DNA of 61,323 bases from Octopus bimaculoides (taxonomy: Eukaryota). The position numbers were made by a program, and so were the translations under genes. Each line of letters opens with the position of its first letter. Within the stretch, counting starts at the first letter, position 1. The notes below the pieces were generated by a model. The model searched no databases, was not told the DNA's origin, and saw only the letters and a program-made list of their open reading frames with translations. The stretch lies in NCBI RefSeq assembly GCF_001194135.2, contig NC_068991.1:53780992-53842314 (forward strand). Reading direction: 5' to 3'. Positions 60,038 to 61,323 of this stretch are shown in pieces.

Positions 60038-60428
60038 ATATATATATATATATANNNNNNNNNNNNNNNNNNNNNNNNNNNNNNNNNNNNNNNNNNNNNN
60101 NNNNNNNNNNNNNNNNNNNNNNNNNNNNNNNNNNNNNNNNNNNNNNNNNNNNNNNNNNNNNNNNNNNNNNNNNNNNNNNNNNNNNNNNNNNNNNNNNNNN
60201 NNNNNNNNNNNNNNNNNNNNNNNNNNNNNNNNNNNNNNNNNNNNNNNNNNNNNNNNNNNNNNNNNNNNNNNNNNNNNNNNNNNNNNNNNNNNNNNNNNNN
60301 NNNNNNNNNNNNNNNNNNNNNNNNNNNNNNNNNNNNNNNNNNNNNNNNNNNNNNNNNNNNNNNNNNNNNNNNNNNNNNNNNNNNNNNNNNNNNNNNNNNN
60401 NNNNNNNNNNNNNNNNNNNNNNNNNNNN

Positions 60429-60487
<59 letters not shown>

Positions 60488-60559
60488 CACACACATATAC
60501 CTGAGCATCCACGCATGCATGTTTGTATGTATGTTCTCTCCAATTTTTAATTATCTGAA

Positions 60560-60816
60560 GTCTTCCTTAAAGGCAGGAGCTGATTTCTAACAAAGATACA
60601 AAACTCCAGCATTGAACCATAAATAACGAAAGTATTAATATCTTGAAGCATACATTTATGCATGTATATATGCATGTATGTATGTATGCATGCAGGTATG
60701 GATGTGTGTATGTATGTATGTATGCATGTATGTATATATGTATGTATTCCGGTATGTACGTTTGTATATATGCATGCATATATGTTTGCATGTATGTATG
60801 TATGCACACACACACA

Positions 60817-60889
<73 letters not shown>

Positions 60890-60985
60890 GTGCATGCATG
60901 TATTTATGCATGTATGTATGCATGCCACTATCTATGTATGCATGTATATATATGCATGTATGTATGTATGCATGAATGTATGGGT
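60560..60985. repeat. Compound (TATG)n/(CA)n/(TA)n low-complexity tract
   Basis: Direct reading. Confidence 0.9.
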
Positions 60986-61323
60986 GTATGTGCGTCTATT
61001 TTGTTTGGTAAAAGTGAAAGGTTACCGAAATGAAACTAATGTTTTGCGAACTGGGGAACCATCAGCGTTATATAAAATTACCCTCATATTATGTGTATGC
61101 AAGACGTATTATGGAATGCAAAATGGATAACATGATTTGATTTGGGACCCGTGTTTAAGCTGTACCACTTAATACATGTAAATATACAAACAATCTGAAT
61201 TCCGAAAAGATCCTTTATTCGAAACGCTTCCAAACCGATAATTTCGGATAAAGGATTATCAACTATATAGATACGTACATATGTATGTATGTCTTCATAT
61301 ATATATATATATATATATATATA

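Overview
AT-rich, microsatellite-saturated eukaryotic genomic DNA with 16 N-gaps (about 6 kb in total), most of them bordered by (TA)n or (CA)n runs. The repeat landscape looks like an octopus (coleoid cephalopod) short-read scaffold; this is inference, not a database result. Most of the window is interspersed repeat. There are three abundant tRNA-headed SINE families (my labels A, B, C) and a fourth short family with a (CAA)n tail (D). Decayed non-LTR retrotransposon pieces include RTE, CR1-like and R4/Dong-like fragments. DNA-transposon remnants include a mariner transposase relic, a hAT-like MITE, Tigger-like ends and a Helentron-type element. Nearly all ORFs in the supplied track are microsatellite or antisense-of-repeat artefacts. 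No host gene could be named. Splice signals support a phase-compatible chain of + strand exons at 28.9-51.8 kb (possibly an ARM/HEAT-like helical protein) and a GC-richer 130-codon terminal exon on the - strand at 8.2-8.6 kb. The most interesting leads are: (1) a minimal hammerhead-ribozyme-like motif at 43504-43552 (-) with a compensatory G3:C8 core swap and a palindromic stem III; (2) a 30-bp fully paired pre-miRNA-like hairpin at 47217-47292; (3) Tigger-like termini bracketing an inverted copy of nearby DNA; (4) an R4/Dong-like LINE end sitting inside a (CATA)n array. No CRISPR, rRNA or intact tRNA was found.
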